A stretch of 60,927 bases of DNA from an uncultured Bradyrhizobium sp. (GCA_902826195.1 CADEDX010000001.1:1-60927); one strand, 5' to 3'. Shown: positions 18,179 to 27,426, counted from the first letter of the stretch. Notes: a model not told the origin generated them from the sequence alone. Numbers and translations: made by a program.

Positions 18179-18874
18179 ATGTCCGTAGCCGCCGAAATTG
18201 CGCGCAATCTTCGATACGTCGAGCAGCTTGAATCGCACATGGATGAAGACGGCGCGACGTCGCCGAGAAATCTCCGCGACGTGATCGCGATGGTGAAGCG
18301 TGGCGCCGAAGCGCTTGCCCTCTGCGAAAGCAATGTCGCCGCCCTTGAGCGCGCGAACAGCACGCGGCCGGATTATGACCTTCGGTGCCAGGAGTGCGGC
18401 CGAGCCCATATCCTCGATACGTCGATCCCGAGCGAGATATGGAATCAGATCGCGGACCCGTCCGACATTCTGTGCACGCTCTGCATCGACAGGCGCATGG
18501 CGGATAAGGGGTTGGCGAGCGCCGAGGCCGAATTCTATTTCGTCGGGCGCGCTCTCACGTCCAAGCTCTACGCGGAGTCGCATGGATGCGTCGCCGCAGC
18601 GGAGCGGCGCGCGCAAGAGGCCGAGGCGAAGATCGCCGCTCTCACGTCGTCCGAGCCTGACATGCGCCCCATCGCCGACATGCTGTCCGAATTCCTCCGC
18701 GACAAAGTGCGAGAGCTTCTGACGCATTGCAACGCGCAAGAGGTCGCCGGCTTCCATCGCATTTTCAAGGACGGGATCGAGGATCTTGAGCCCGTGATCC
18801 TCCGCCATGCGATCCTGCTTTGTCAGCGGACTATCGCCCGTCCGTCCGCGCAGCGTTCTGGCGATGGCGCATGA
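18179..18874 (+). CDS. Hypothetical protein with CxxC..CxxC zinc finger
   Basis: CQECG..WNQI..LCTLC; GGAGG RBS. Confidence 0.6.
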   Translation: MSVAAEIARNLRYVEQLESHMDEDGATSPRNLRDVIAMVKRGAEALALCESNVAALERANSTRPDYDLRCQECGRAHILDTSIPSEIWNQIADPSDILCTLCIDRRMADKGLASAEAEFYFVGRALTSKLYAESHGCVAAAERRAQEAEAKIAALTSSEPDMRPIADMLSEFLRDKVRELLTHCNAQEVAGFHRIFKDGIEDLEPVILRHAILLCQRTIARPSAQRSGDGA

Positions 18875-20103
18875 AGCGCGAGCCGCCGATCTTCGCGGAC
18901 TGCCCCGACTGCGGCGGCGGCGGGTATTACATGGGCGCCGTCTGTTGTGGCAACGCTCTGCCGTCCGGCGAGTGCTGCGGCAATCCTGTCGGCGGACTAG
19001 TAACGTGCGAAGCGTGCGGCGGTGCCGGCCGTTACCCGGTCAAACCAAAGGAGCGTGAAATGACGAAGGTCCCCTATGAGCATGTCGTGCCGGCGCGCGA
19101 GATCACGCTGCCGGCCGAGACGATGAACGTGACGATGCCGATGACGGTGCCCGAGCGCATCGTCAAGATTCCCGAGCAGATCGTCAGAGGCGAAGTGGAC
19201 GTGCCGGGAACCACTCCCGGACCCGTCATCGTCTCGAAGATCGCTTACGATCTTCCGAAGGGCGTCGCCATCGACGCCGAGTGGGCGAAGGCCATCGTCT
19301 CCGGGCGCGTGGTGATGCTGGAAGACGCCGACTATCGGCCGAAGGACATGCTATGGCTACCGGAGAGCGGGCTTGTCGTGCAGGGGTCGGGCGTCTCGCG
19401 CAATCTCAATGATCCGCTCGGCGCGGTTTTCAAGGCCAACTTTGCCGGCAATTACACATGGCACGGCGACACCTATCGAAAGCCCGTGTTCAAGTCCCAG
19501 AATGATCGCATGTTGACCGCGACGCTCCGGGACTTCGGGGTGATTGCCGAGAACAGTCAGCAAGACTTGTTTCATTTCGACGGGCTCGGCAACGGCGCCA
19601 ATATCGGCATGTTGCGGACCCGCGGCGGCTTGCGTCACTTCCTGCTGCGCTCGCCGCAGAGCCGCGAGCCGGGATATATCGCCCCGATCAGCGCCTTCGC
19701 CGACGGCTATGCGCGTTGTTTCCTCGAAGCGATCGGCGGCGGCGACGGCTTCAACAACGGGCCGACCTATATCGCGCTTCGAGACTGTGACGTGCAGACG
19801 ACCAACGGCGAGGCGCATGTGATTATCCAGAACGCGCAGCCGAACGCGAACCATCTGGTAATCGAGGGCGGCATCTACCACGGCGGGTCGAAATGCTTTC
19901 TCAAGCTCATCAACTGCCCCGACCTGGTGGTGAGCTTCCTCTGCGCGTCCTGCCTCGTGAATACGCTCATCGAGTGCGACAGCAAAAGCAACGTCTCGAT
20001 CATGGGCGATGCGGTCGAGCGCGGCGGACAGTCCGGTGGCTACAAGGTGAAGAAGCTCAATCCTAACGGCTCGGTGAACGAAGCCGCCAGCGTGCGGTTC
20101 TAG
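18871..20103 (+). CDS. DnaJ-type Zn finger read in frame into a predicted beta-helix (pectin-lyase-like) protein; internal start at 19060
   Basis: CPDCGGGG..CEACGGAG; AAGGAG + ATG at 19060; VVMLEDADY..LWLPESGLVVQGSG resembles a beta-helix cap. Confidence 0.55.
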   Translation: MKREPPIFADCPDCGGGGYYMGAVCCGNALPSGECCGNPVGGLVTCEACGGAGRYPVKPKEREMTKVPYEHVVPAREITLPAETMNVTMPMTVPERIVKIPEQIVRGEVDVPGTTPGPVIVSKIAYDLPKGVAIDAEWAKAIVSGRVVMLEDADYRPKDMLWLPESGLVVQGSGVSRNLNDPLGAVFKANFAGNYTWHGDTYRKPVFKSQNDRMLTATLRDFGVIAENSQQDLFHFDGLGNGANIGMLRTRGGLRHFLLRSPQSREPGYIAPISAFADGYARCFLEAIGGGDGFNNGPTYIALRDCDVQTTNGEAHVIIQNAQPNANHLVIEGGIYHGGSKCFLKLINCPDLVVSFLCASCLVNTLIECDSKSNVSIMGDAVERGGQSGGYKVKKLNPNGSVNEAASVRF

Positions 20104-20174
20104 CGCGTGCCTCGGGCCGCTGCCTGTCGGCAGCGGCCTCGGCGCTCGCGGCGTAGTGGCAGAGGGGAAAGACC

Positions 20175-20378
20175 ATGGAAGTCGTTTTCAAAGTGACGGC
20201 GCGGCGTAGCGGTTACGCTCATACAGTTCTCGAAGGCACCTACACGGGACCGGCAACGGTCGAAATGGTCGTGGAAAAATTCACGGGACCCTTCGGCCAT
20301 CGCCAGCCCTACGTGCGTCCCGATCCCGGCTCGCAAGACATGGCCGGCCGGTGGGGCATCATCCGGCATGAGGACTAG
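20175..20378 (+). CDS. Hypothetical protein
   Basis: GAGGGG RBS. Confidence 0.55.
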   Translation: MEVVFKVTARRSGYAHTVLEGTYTGPATVEMVVEKFTGPFGHRQPYVRPDPGSQDMAGRWGIIRHED

Positions 20379-20384
20379 CCGGCG

Positions 20385-20822
20385 ATGAAAGCTCTCACGG
20401 TTTATCAGCCTTGGGCGACGTTGCTCGTCATCGGTGCGAAGCTCTACGAGTTTCGAGGGTGGGCCGCGCCGCGCGTCTTTTGGGGGCAGCGCATCGTGAT
20501 CCACGCGGCGCGGCGCAAGATGATCGACACCGAGATCGAGACGCTTCGGCGCACCATCGAAGCGGGGTTTCATGACGGCGGCATCCTGCCGTCGAAAGCG
20601 CTGCCGATCCTTGCGCGGTTCCGCGATCCCGATTGCTTCCCGCTCGGCTGCGGCGTCGGGACGGGAGAGCTCGGCACGCCCGCGCGCGCGACCGAGCTTT
20701 TCCCCGGCGTGCGCGGCGTCGATCCGGAAATCTTCGGCTGGCCCGTTCTCAAGCCCGAGGCGTGGGCGAACCCGGTTCCGGCGCAAGGCGCGCAAGGCTT
20801 TTGGAAATGGGGGAAGCGGTGA
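20385..20822 (+). CDS. ASCH-domain protein
   Basis: MKALTVYQPWATL..GAKLYEFRGW..IHAA..GAQGFW. Confidence 0.85.
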   Translation: MKALTVYQPWATLLVIGAKLYEFRGWAAPRVFWGQRIVIHAARRKMIDTEIETLRRTIEAGFHDGGILPSKALPILARFRDPDCFPLGCGVGTGELGTPARATELFPGVRGVDPEIFGWPVLKPEAWANPVPAQGAQGFWKWGKR

Positions 20823-21109
20823 AGCGCTGTTGCAACTGCCGCCATTCGTCCGAGCCGTTCCCCTTCCCCGGCCTCGAGTGCCGCCGCGCCGCGCGTTACG
20901 ACGTGATCGGCATCGTCTATGTTCCGCTCGCGGTGCATGAGCGATCGAGGGAGGGCCCGACCTATTGCGGCCAGGAGGCGCGCTTCTATGAGGGCCGCAT
21001 CCTGCGGGCGCGCGATATCCGGTTGCTCGCTGCGGCCGGCGCCGTGCTCGCTCTATGGGCGGTATCGCATTTTCTGATATGGGGCTGGCATCTGCCGCCG
21101 CTGCCATGA
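20819..21109 (+). CDS. Cys-rich membrane-anchored hypothetical protein
   Basis: GTGA coupling; CCNCRH..CGQEARFY plus C-terminal TM. Confidence 0.55.
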   Translation: MKRCCNCRHSSEPFPFPGLECRRAARYDVIGIVYVPLAVHERSREGPTYCGQEARFYEGRILRARDIRLLAAAGAVLALWAVSHFLIWGWHLPPLP

Positions 21110-21393
21110 CGAAGCGCGTTTCCTGTCACGTCGTCTTCTGCCGCCGCACGCGCGCGGCTGATGGCGCTTTCAACGAATGGATCTGTGGCCGGCATTGGTT
21201 CGCGGTCGATCGACGCTTGCGTCGGCTCCGCGCGCGCAACCGGCGACGCATCCCGTTCCTGCGCGGCCCGGCGCTGCAACGCGCGCTCGCGCGAGAGCAG
21301 CGGCTTTGGCAATGGTGCAAGAGACAGGCGAGCGAGCGCGCCTTGCTCGGGCATCGCGCGCCCCGTTCCTTCGGCAATCCCTTCACGGAGTAG
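21106..21393 (+). CDS. Hypothetical Zn-finger protein
   Basis: CHVVFCRRT..EWICGRHW; ATGA-coupled. Confidence 0.6.
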   Translation: MTKRVSCHVVFCRRTRAADGAFNEWICGRHWFAVDRRLRRLRARNRRRIPFLRGPALQRALAREQRLWQWCKRQASERALLGHRAPRSFGNPFTE

Positions 21394-21396
21394 CAA

Positions 21397-21615
21397 ATGA
21401 CCATCGCGAATTTCCCCGTCAAATCCCGTCGTCTCTCCGTCGAGCAGGCGCTTGAGGAAGCGAAGAAGCTCGGCTTCGCGCAGGTGTTGATCGTCGGCAC
21501 GACCGCGAGCGGTCAGAGCGGGATCGTGTGCAGCACCATGTCGAATGAGCGCGGGCTGTGGCTCGCGGAATCCGCTCGCAATTGGGCGATGCGCGACGAG
21601 AAAGGTGACGAATGA
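21397..21615 (+). CDS. Hypothetical protein
   Basis: GGAG RBS; VLIVG..STMS..LWLAE. Confidence 0.65.
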   Translation: MTIANFPVKSRRLSVEQALEEAKKLGFAQVLIVGTTASGQSGIVCSTMSNERGLWLAESARNWAMRDEKGDE

Positions 21616-22421
21616 AGAAGCATCAGACGGCGACGCTTTACGCTTGCGTCGGCGGAAGCTGGCACGGCAAGGCGTTTCTGCTTGAGGAAGGGCGCACCGA
21701 AGTCCGAGTGCCGAAGATGCGGACGATCGGGATCGCCAGCGCCGGCCCGGTCGTCGCCGAGGATATCGACCCGCAAGCCGGCATCCTCGGCGGCGTCGAG
21801 CGCTACCGGCTCGAGACGCTGGTCCAGCGCATGGATGGAGAGCACCATCGCGCGCTTGTGCGCGAGGGAATGTCTCCCATGGGCGCGATGCAGCGGATCG
21901 CGATCGAATACATCCGCCGATCGAAGGATCGCGAACGCATGTTCGTGACGTCCAGCGCCGGCGACGGCAGCGCGTCGGCGTGGTTCAACATCGCCGGCAC
22001 GCTCTCGCGCTGTCTCGTGGTCACGCTCGATCTCGCGGAGTGGGGCATCGTCCCCGGCAAGACCTACACATTCGAGCGCGCGAACCCGGAGGGCGAGAAG
22101 GTCAGGTGGCTCGGATGCGTGCCGATGATCTGCCCGATGACCAAGACGGCGACGTTCGTCATGTCGGAGCATGACGCGCAAGGCGCGCCGCTGACATTCG
22201 AGAACCCGCTCGCATGGCCCGGCGATGCGGAGATTGCCGGCGTCGTCGCGAAGCTCGCGGCAACCGGCAAGACGCTTGAGGGCGAATCCGTCCGAGACGT
22301 TATCAACGTCTTCGTCCATGGCCGGCGCGAGGCCATAAAAAAAGCCCGCCCGGCCGAAGCCGAGCGGGCGAAACCGGAGAGCGAGAATGGAGCGGAAGAA
22401 GCGCGTCACGATCAGCGCTAA
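21612..22421 (+). CDS. Hypothetical protein
   Basis: ATGA-coupled; CVGGSWHG N-terminus. Confidence 0.6.
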   Translation: MKKHQTATLYACVGGSWHGKAFLLEEGRTEVRVPKMRTIGIASAGPVVAEDIDPQAGILGGVERYRLETLVQRMDGEHHRALVREGMSPMGAMQRIAIEYIRRSKDRERMFVTSSAGDGSASAWFNIAGTLSRCLVVTLDLAEWGIVPGKTYTFERANPEGEKVRWLGCVPMICPMTKTATFVMSEHDAQGAPLTFENPLAWPGDAEIAGVVAKLAATGKTLEGESVRDVINVFVHGRREAIKKARPAEAERAKPESENGAEEARHDQR

Positions 22422-22524
22422 GTCAGGTCGCTACGTGAAGAAGGAGAAGGCGAAAACCAATCCGGCCGAAACGGTTTCGATGCGCGTCCCGGTCGGCCAG
22501 CGCACGAAGAAGCGTAAATCCTGA
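22387..22524 (+). CDS. 45-aa basic protein (SAKSGRYV..NPAETV), absent from the ORF track
   Basis: Translated by hand: MERKKRVTISAKSGRYVKKEKAKTNPAETVSMRVPVGQRTKKRKS; GGAGAG RBS. Confidence 0.6.
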   Translation: MERKKRVTISAKSGRYVKKEKAKTNPAETVSMRVPVGQRTKKRKS

Positions 22525-22529
22525 ACGTC

Positions 22530-22566
22530 CCGCCCGCGCCCGCCATCAAGCCACGGGCGCGGGCGG
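22530..22566. terminator. 13-bp GC hairpin between the convergent early and lysis operons
   Basis: CCGCCCGCGCCCG..CGGGCGCGGGCGG; no clear U tract. Confidence 0.45.
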
Positions 22567-22582
22567 CTCAAGCTCCCCCGAG

Positions 22583-22873
22583 CTAACTCGTCGGCACGCC
22601 GTCCGGCGCTGCGATCATCGGCTGCGCGTCGCGCACCGCTTTGAGCTTCCCTTCGCAGCCGCGTCCCCAATAGAGCAGCGCGTTGGCGAACAGCGTCATT
22701 TCCTTTTCGGTGTTGCCGATGGGCGCGCGCGGCTCCGGGCCGCAATCAGTCATCGGCGCCGGAAGCGGGACTTCGATCAGGTTGATCTCGATCGCCGGTG
22801 GCTTGCTGCTGGCGCACGCGCTCAAGCCAGAAAGTAGCGCTAGGCCCGCAATCCTTATTGTCCGAGAGAACAT
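22583..22873 (-). CDS. o-spanin (Rz1-like lipoprotein)
   Basis: Lipobox LSAC, Pro-rich; overlaps the 3' end of the i-spanin in another frame. Confidence 0.8.
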   Translation of the reverse strand: MFSRTIRIAGLALLSGLSACASSKPPAIEINLIEVPLPAPMTDCGPEPRAPIGNTEKEMTLFANALLYWGRGCEGKLKAVRDAQPMIAAPDGVPTS

Positions 22874-23201
22874 TGATGACCCCCGCCGTTATGTCGGCCT
22901 GTTCGGACGCCAAGCGGCGCGCGCGGTCGAGCTCGCGCGCGTTCGCTTCGTTGATGCGCTGTTGCGCGTTCGTGATGGCGCGCACGGTCTGCGCGTTGCG
23001 CTCGGCCGCGGCGTGGTAGATCGCAGCGTCGGCGATCGCCGCCGCGGCTTTCGCGCGCTCGGCGTTGCGCTCGATCCAGAGCCAGGCGATGAAGCCGCCA
23101 ATCGCGATCACGGCGACGAGCGCCGCGATGATGATGATGAGCGTCTTGTTGCCGCCGAAGAAAAGCTTCGCCGCAGCCCACGCCGCCCCGATCCCTAGCA
23201 T
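22746..23201 (-). CDS. i-spanin (Rz-like)
   Basis: N-terminal TM, coiled coil, C-terminal Cys. Confidence 0.75.
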   Translation of the reverse strand: MLGIGAAWAAAKLFFGGNKTLIIIIAALVAVIAIGGFIAWLWIERNAERAKAAAAIADAAIYHAAAERNAQTVRAITNAQQRINEANARELDRARRLASEQADITAGVINVLSDNKDCGPSATFWLERVRQQQATGDRDQPDRSPASGADD

Positions 23202-23590
23202 GGTCGAAACTCCCCGCTTTGAAGCCAGCCATGCCAGCCGCAGGCTTTGCAGTCGATCGAGGGCGTCAGCGTCGGACGGTCGGCGTTGCCGTCCCACGCC
23301 CAGGACGGTTTGCACGCGGGCTTGGTGAGGCCGACGATGATCCCGCTCCCGCCCGTGCAGAGCCGGCCCGGTTCCTTCGGGCAGGCGAAGGCCAGCCGAA
23401 GGTCATCGGCCGCGGCGGCGGCGGCCGGTGCGCGCTCGCCGGGCGGCGCGCCATCGTCCTGCCATTGGAAGTCGCCCGGCCGCAATTCGCAGTAAAAATC
23501 GTTGAAAGTCGCGGGGTTGCCGTCCTTCCCTCTTATGGTGCCAGAGAAGGGCAGATAGTCCGGCCAGCGCCGGCCTTTGACGACGGACAT
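23195..23590 (-). CDS. DUF6527-family protein
   Basis: FACP..C..WAWDGNADRPTLTPSI.CKACGWHGWL..G. Confidence 0.7.
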   Translation of the reverse strand: MSVVKGRRWPDYLPFSGTIRGKDGNPATFNDFYCELRPGDFQWQDDGAPPGERAPAAAAAADDLRLAFACPKEPGRLCTGGSGIIVGLTKPACKPSWAWDGNADRPTLTPSIDCKACGWHGWLQSGEFRPC

Positions 23591-23702
23591 GCGGAAGCCT
23601 CGAAAACGGCCCGAGGAAGCGCGTCTCGCCCCGAGGCCAATGGGCCAAGGCGTCGGGGCGAGTTGCTTATGGGCGGCCCGGAAAACCCGAGTCGCGAGCG
23701 GT

Positions 23703-24533
23703 TTACGACGAGAACCCGCCGAGCATCGCCCGCCATTTCGCGATGCGGTCGATATACGTCCGGGTTTCGAGGCTGTGGCGCGGGCCGGTGATCTGCACAA
23801 GACAGGGCGCGACAAGCTCCCACGTCTTCGCCATCCCGCAACGCCGCTGCGCCTTGCGGATGTTGCCGCCGCCCGCGTTATAGCCAGCCTGCGCAAAGCG
23901 GTGGAGTTCCATGACGGACGGCGGTGCTATGTCCGGCGTCCATCCGAGCTTGACCATGACCATGTAGAGAGCGCCCGCGCGGATCGCGTATTTCGCGTCG
24001 AAGGGCGACACGCCGTCGATTCCCATCCGGGCGATCGTCTCGCGCCACGTCGCCGGCATGAATTGCGCAATCCCGCGCGCGCCCGCCGGCGAGATCGCAT
24101 CCGGCTCGAGACGCGATTCCTGAAACAGTTGCGCTTTCCACCAGAGCCAGTCGGGGCCGTAGGGCCAATAGGCGAAAGCCGCGTCTTTGATCTGCGCGTC
24201 GTAGGTCGTGTCCGACAGCGGCGCCGCACGCGCCGGCGACGGGTTGACGAGAAGCGCGGCCATCAGCACGGCGCCGAAGATCGACGTGGCGACGATCCCG
24301 AGCGTCAGCAATTTGAAGCCGTAGTAGATCCCGCGGGCGACGAGCCCGCCGAGGCCGTTGTCGAGCTTCGCGGCCTGCATCCAGTCGTCGAAGCCGTCGC
24401 CGGTAAATTTATTCCACAGGCGACTGAGCAGGATCAGCACGCCCGCGATGATGATGAGGCGCACGAGGCCGATGACGAAGCCAGGTGCATAGACCTCGGC
24501 GATCATATCGCCAAGGGTGACGGTCGGGTCCAT
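23703..24533 (-). CDS. SLT lytic transglycosylase endolysin with N-terminal holin-like TM region
   Basis: QESRLEPDAISPAGARGIAQFMPATW, AGYNAGGG, ETRTYI; two N-terminal TM helices. Confidence 0.85.
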   Translation of the reverse strand: MDPTVTLGDMIAEVYAPGFVIGLVRLIIIAGVLILLSRLWNKFTGDGFDDWMQAAKLDNGLGGLVARGIYYGFKLLTLGIVATSIFGAVLMAALLVNPSPARAAPLSDTTYDAQIKDAAFAYWPYGPDWLWWKAQLFQESRLEPDAISPAGARGIAQFMPATWRETIARMGIDGVSPFDAKYAIRAGALYMVMVKLGWTPDIAPPSVMELHRFAQAGYNAGGGNIRKAQRRCGMAKTWELVAPCLVQITGPRHSLETRTYIDRIAKWRAMLGGFSS

Positions 24534-24549
24534 TCCGGTTTCCTTTTCG

Positions 24550-24966
24550 CTAGGGTCGCGGCGATGCGTAGAGGCGGGTTTCCAGATCGCGAAGGCGTGC
24601 CGCGTTGTTCGCGATTTGCTCCTTGACGTCATTCACGCGGCCGTCGAGCCGCAAGGCCGTTTCGACGCGGCTGCCGTCGAGCCTCACGATGGCATCCGTC
24701 AGACGTTCGCGTTGCGCGTCGTCGTAGTAGGTGATCCGACCGTCGAGCCGGTTCACTTCGGCCGAGACGGAGACTTTGAGATCGGAGAGCCCGTCTTTCA
24801 CGGCCACGACGGTTTGCAGTTGGTAGGTTTGCAACGCGACGAGGGCGCTGATGAGCGCGCCCAAGAGGATGCGGTAGATACCGCCGGCGAGCGGATTCGC
24901 GCCGACGACTTCGAGCGCTGCGCGTGTGCGGTGGTGCGCCACCTGGCCCTCCGTTTCATCGGTCAT
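24550..24966 (-). CDS. TM + coiled-coil protein (holin/antiholin candidate)
   Basis: Single TM then coiled coil; directly upstream of the endolysin. Confidence 0.55.
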   Translation of the reverse strand: MTDETEGQVAHHRTRAALEVVGANPLAGGIYRILLGALISALVALQTYQLQTVVAVKDGLSDLKVSVSAEVNRLDGRITYYDDAQRERLTDAIVRLDGSRVETALRLDGRVNDVKEQIANNAARLRDLETRLYASPRP

Positions 24967-25259
24967 GACGGCCTGCCATGGTCGGCAAGACGCCAACCGT
25001 TTCCGACCGCGAGAAGGCAAGCGGTCAGCTTTGTATCGACGGCGACGATCGAGAAGGTGAACGTGCGTCGATTGACATAGATAAGGATTGCGTGCGTCTC
25101 GCTGGCGGCGACGCCGCTGGCGACGAATTCCTCCTGATACCGCGAGCGCAAGGTCTGCTCGAGAACGGCGAGCGGACCGCATGTCTCTTTCGGGGCAGTC
25201 GTCGCGGGCGTCGTCACCAGCAACAGGAAAGGCAAGGCGAACGCGGCAACACGGCGCAT
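24963..25259 (-). CDS. Small secreted protein
   Basis: Signal peptide; CGP..L..RYQEE..ACLLAVG.GW. Confidence 0.6.
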   Translation of the reverse strand: MRRVAAFALPFLLLVTTPATTAPKETCGPLAVLEQTLRSRYQEEFVASGVAASETHAILIYVNRRTFTFSIVAVDTKLTACLLAVGNGWRLADHGRPS

Positions 25260-25271
25260 GACTTGGGCCTC

Positions 25272-25610
25272 CTAGAAAATAAGTGCCACTCCCAATCCGA
25301 CGACGAGAGTCCACCCCGTCACGGCAACGAACATGAGAACCTTGGAGGATCGTTGTGCGTCCGATCTTGTCCATTCCGTCGAGACGTTCTTGAGCGCGTG
25401 GTAGAGCGCGCCAAGGTCACGCGCGCGGGCGGCGTCGGCCGCCTGCACCCAATGCGCGTCCATCGCCGGCGCGAACCAGCCGAGCCAATGGTCGAAGCGG
25501 TCATCGAGCTCGGCGCGAAGTTTCCCGACCGCGTTCTTGTAGAGCCATTGCGCGAAGCTCGCGGCCGACGCGATGACGCAGGCCGCGACGAGAAACGGGC
25601 GGGCGATCAA
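25272..25610 (-). CDS. Membrane protein
   Basis: TTGA overlap start; TM segments at both ends. Confidence 0.5.
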   Translation of the reverse strand: MIARPFLVAACVIASAASFAQWLYKNAVGKLRAELDDRFDHWLGWFAPAMDAHWVQAADAARARDLGALYHALKNVSTEWTRSDAQRSSKVLMFVAVTGWTLVVGLGVALIF

Positions 25611-26317
25611 CTGTTGCCCCGGACGGCGATGGCCGCGAGCGATCCGGCGGCCGAGTGCGCGGCGGTGACGCCGGGCGTGAAACTCCCGCGCTCGGTCTGG
25701 AACCGATCGCCCATGAATACCGTCACGGTCCCGTCGCCGCCGTTGATGGCTTGGACGTCTTTGATTTCCGTCAAGCCCGCGTCCGGCGTGAAGCTCGTCG
25801 CGATGCTGGCCCACGCCGCGACGGCGAGGACCGCGGCGGCTTCCGGCATAACAAGCGCGGCCGTCGCTGCCGTGGTCCGGTTGCTGTTCGAGACGGAATG
25901 CGCCTCGGCGTCGATAGCGCCCGCGATCTCGCCGCCGGCGAGCGCCACGTCGCGAAGGTTGGTCGCGCGTGCGTAGCTGGCGTAGCAGGTGCCCGAGAAC
26001 GTGATCCGAATAACGCCCGTCTTCACGGTCGGCAGCGCCAGAATATAAATCGAGACGCCCGACGTGGTGCCAGGCGCGGAGCTCGCGTCGCGGCGCTCTT
26101 GCATCGCCTGAGGCGTGCCGGCTTGATCCCAATTGACGCCGGTCACGGTTCGCGTGGTGGAGGCGCCCCATCCGATGCGGACGACGAGATACTTTGCGTC
26201 GGCCGAAACCGTGTGGGTGATGTCGATCGTCGTGTGATTCGTGATCGTGGTTTCTTCGCTGTCCGTCCCGGCCCGCGCAGGCGGACCCGGCGGGAACAGC
26301 GCGCCGTCGTCGCGCAT
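25607..26317 (-). CDS. Tail fibre-associated beta-rich protein
   Basis: TAATG-coupled to the fibre gene; Thr/Ala/Val-rich. Confidence 0.55.
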   Translation of the reverse strand: MRDDGALFPPGPPARAGTDSEETTITNHTTIDITHTVSADAKYLVVRIGWGASTTRTVTGVNWDQAGTPQAMQERRDASSAPGTTSGVSIYILALPTVKTGVIRITFSGTCYASYARATNLRDVALAGGEIAGAIDAEAHSVSNSNRTTAATAALVMPEAAAVLAVAAWASIATSFTPDAGLTEIKDVQAINGGDGTVTVFMGDRFQTERGSFTPGVTAAHSAAGSLAAIAVRGNS

Positions 26318-27426
26318 TAACTAAATTCCTTGCTGCACGCGCCATAGAGAGACGTGCCGTCGCAGACGAAGATCAGCATATCGACCGCGCCGATGGCCGT
26401 CGAAAGGACGGGCGCGACGCCGCCGCGGAATTTGTAATCCGACCCATAGGACAGGGTTCGGCCGCCCGCGCCGTCCTGCGTGACGAAGACGTAGTAAACG
26501 CCCTCGCGCTTGTTCGTCGGGTTGGCGAGCGCGCGGTTGCCGCCGAGCGTCACGGTGCGGATGCGCGCGCCCTTCATGTCCCAATTGATCGTAGCGCCAT
26601 CGATGAGCGTGCCTTTCGTGCCGGTGAGCTGCCAGCCCTTCTCGAAGAAGCCCGTCGCGACGTTGACGGTCCCGGCGCCTTGATCCGTCTCGCCGGTGCC
26701 GACGACGAGGCCCTTCCAGATTTCGACCGCGTTCGTGAGCGCGCCGGCGACGATCGCGTGAAACTGCAACGCCGCGTCTTCGGCGCCGTTCGTGACCGCG
26801 ATCAGTTCGGCGCGGATTTTCGCATAGATGCGCTTCACGCCCGTTGACGTGCGGGCCGACCACACGCGCGCGCCGGCAAGGTCGGCCGCCGCCGCCGACG
26901 TGCTGTCGCGGAAAAGATCATCTATCGGCCCTTCGCCCGCGCCGGAATCCTTCATCGAGACGACGGGTTGCACGGCCTCCGAGCCCGAGCCGACGTTGAT
27001 CGTCCCGACGAGAAGATCCGTGGTCCCGGTGTAGAGATAGATTTCCCACGGCGTGACGTTCGTCTTCTTCCAGAATTGCCCGGCCGGCAGCCACGCGGGC
27101 CGCGTGCTCGCCTGAAAGCCGCCGAGCATCGCATCCAGCACGAAGCCGACGCCGTAACAGAAAATCGTGCGCGTGCCGGCGGCCCAATTGATGAGCGAGC
27201 CGGTCGAGCTCTTGAGCAGATTGCGGGTCAGCGTCGCCGGCGAGCCCGCGGTGACGGTGCCGAAGCCGATCTCGAACGTCGTGCCCTCTTGGCAGATGTA
27301 GAAGACTTGATTGCCCGAGCCGGCGCCGAGGACGAACGTGTCATAGCCGGACGCTGCGCCGAGCAAATCGTAGGTGCCCGTTCCCGTCGTCTCCGTGGTT
27401 TCGACAACGCGATCCGGAAATCTCAT
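26317..27426 (-). CDS. Tail fibre protein
   Basis: DRVVETTETTGTGTYDL N-domain; C-terminal DGATINWD..VTLGGNR..QDGAGGRTL domain. Confidence 0.75.
   Translation of the reverse strand: MRFPDRVVETTETTGTGTYDLLGAASGYDTFVLGAGSGNQVFYICQEGTTFEIGFGTVTAGSPATLTRNLLKSSTGSLINWAAGTRTIFCYGVGFVLDAMLGGFQASTRPAWLPAGQFWKKTNVTPWEIYLYTGTTDLLVGTINVGSGSEAVQPVVSMKDSGAGEGPIDDLFRDSTSAAAADLAGARVWSARTSTGVKRIYAKIRAELIAVTNGAEDAALQFHAIVAGALTNAVEIWKGLVVGTGETDQGAGTVNVATGFFEKGWQLTGTKGTLIDGATINWDMKGARIRTVTLGGNRALANPTNKREGVYYVFVTQDGAGGRTLSYGSDYKFRGGVAPVLSTAIGAVDMLIFVCDGTSLYGACSKEFS

Noticed and set aside
23591-23702. Hairpin-rich gap between the endolysin and DUF6527 genes as a ribozyme
   Set aside because: Stems are present (CTCGCCCCGA/TCGGGGCGAG) but I could not fit any known catalytic core
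24848-24855. CTGATGAG, a possible second hammerhead core
   Set aside because: No matching GAAA or stems; antisense within a CDS
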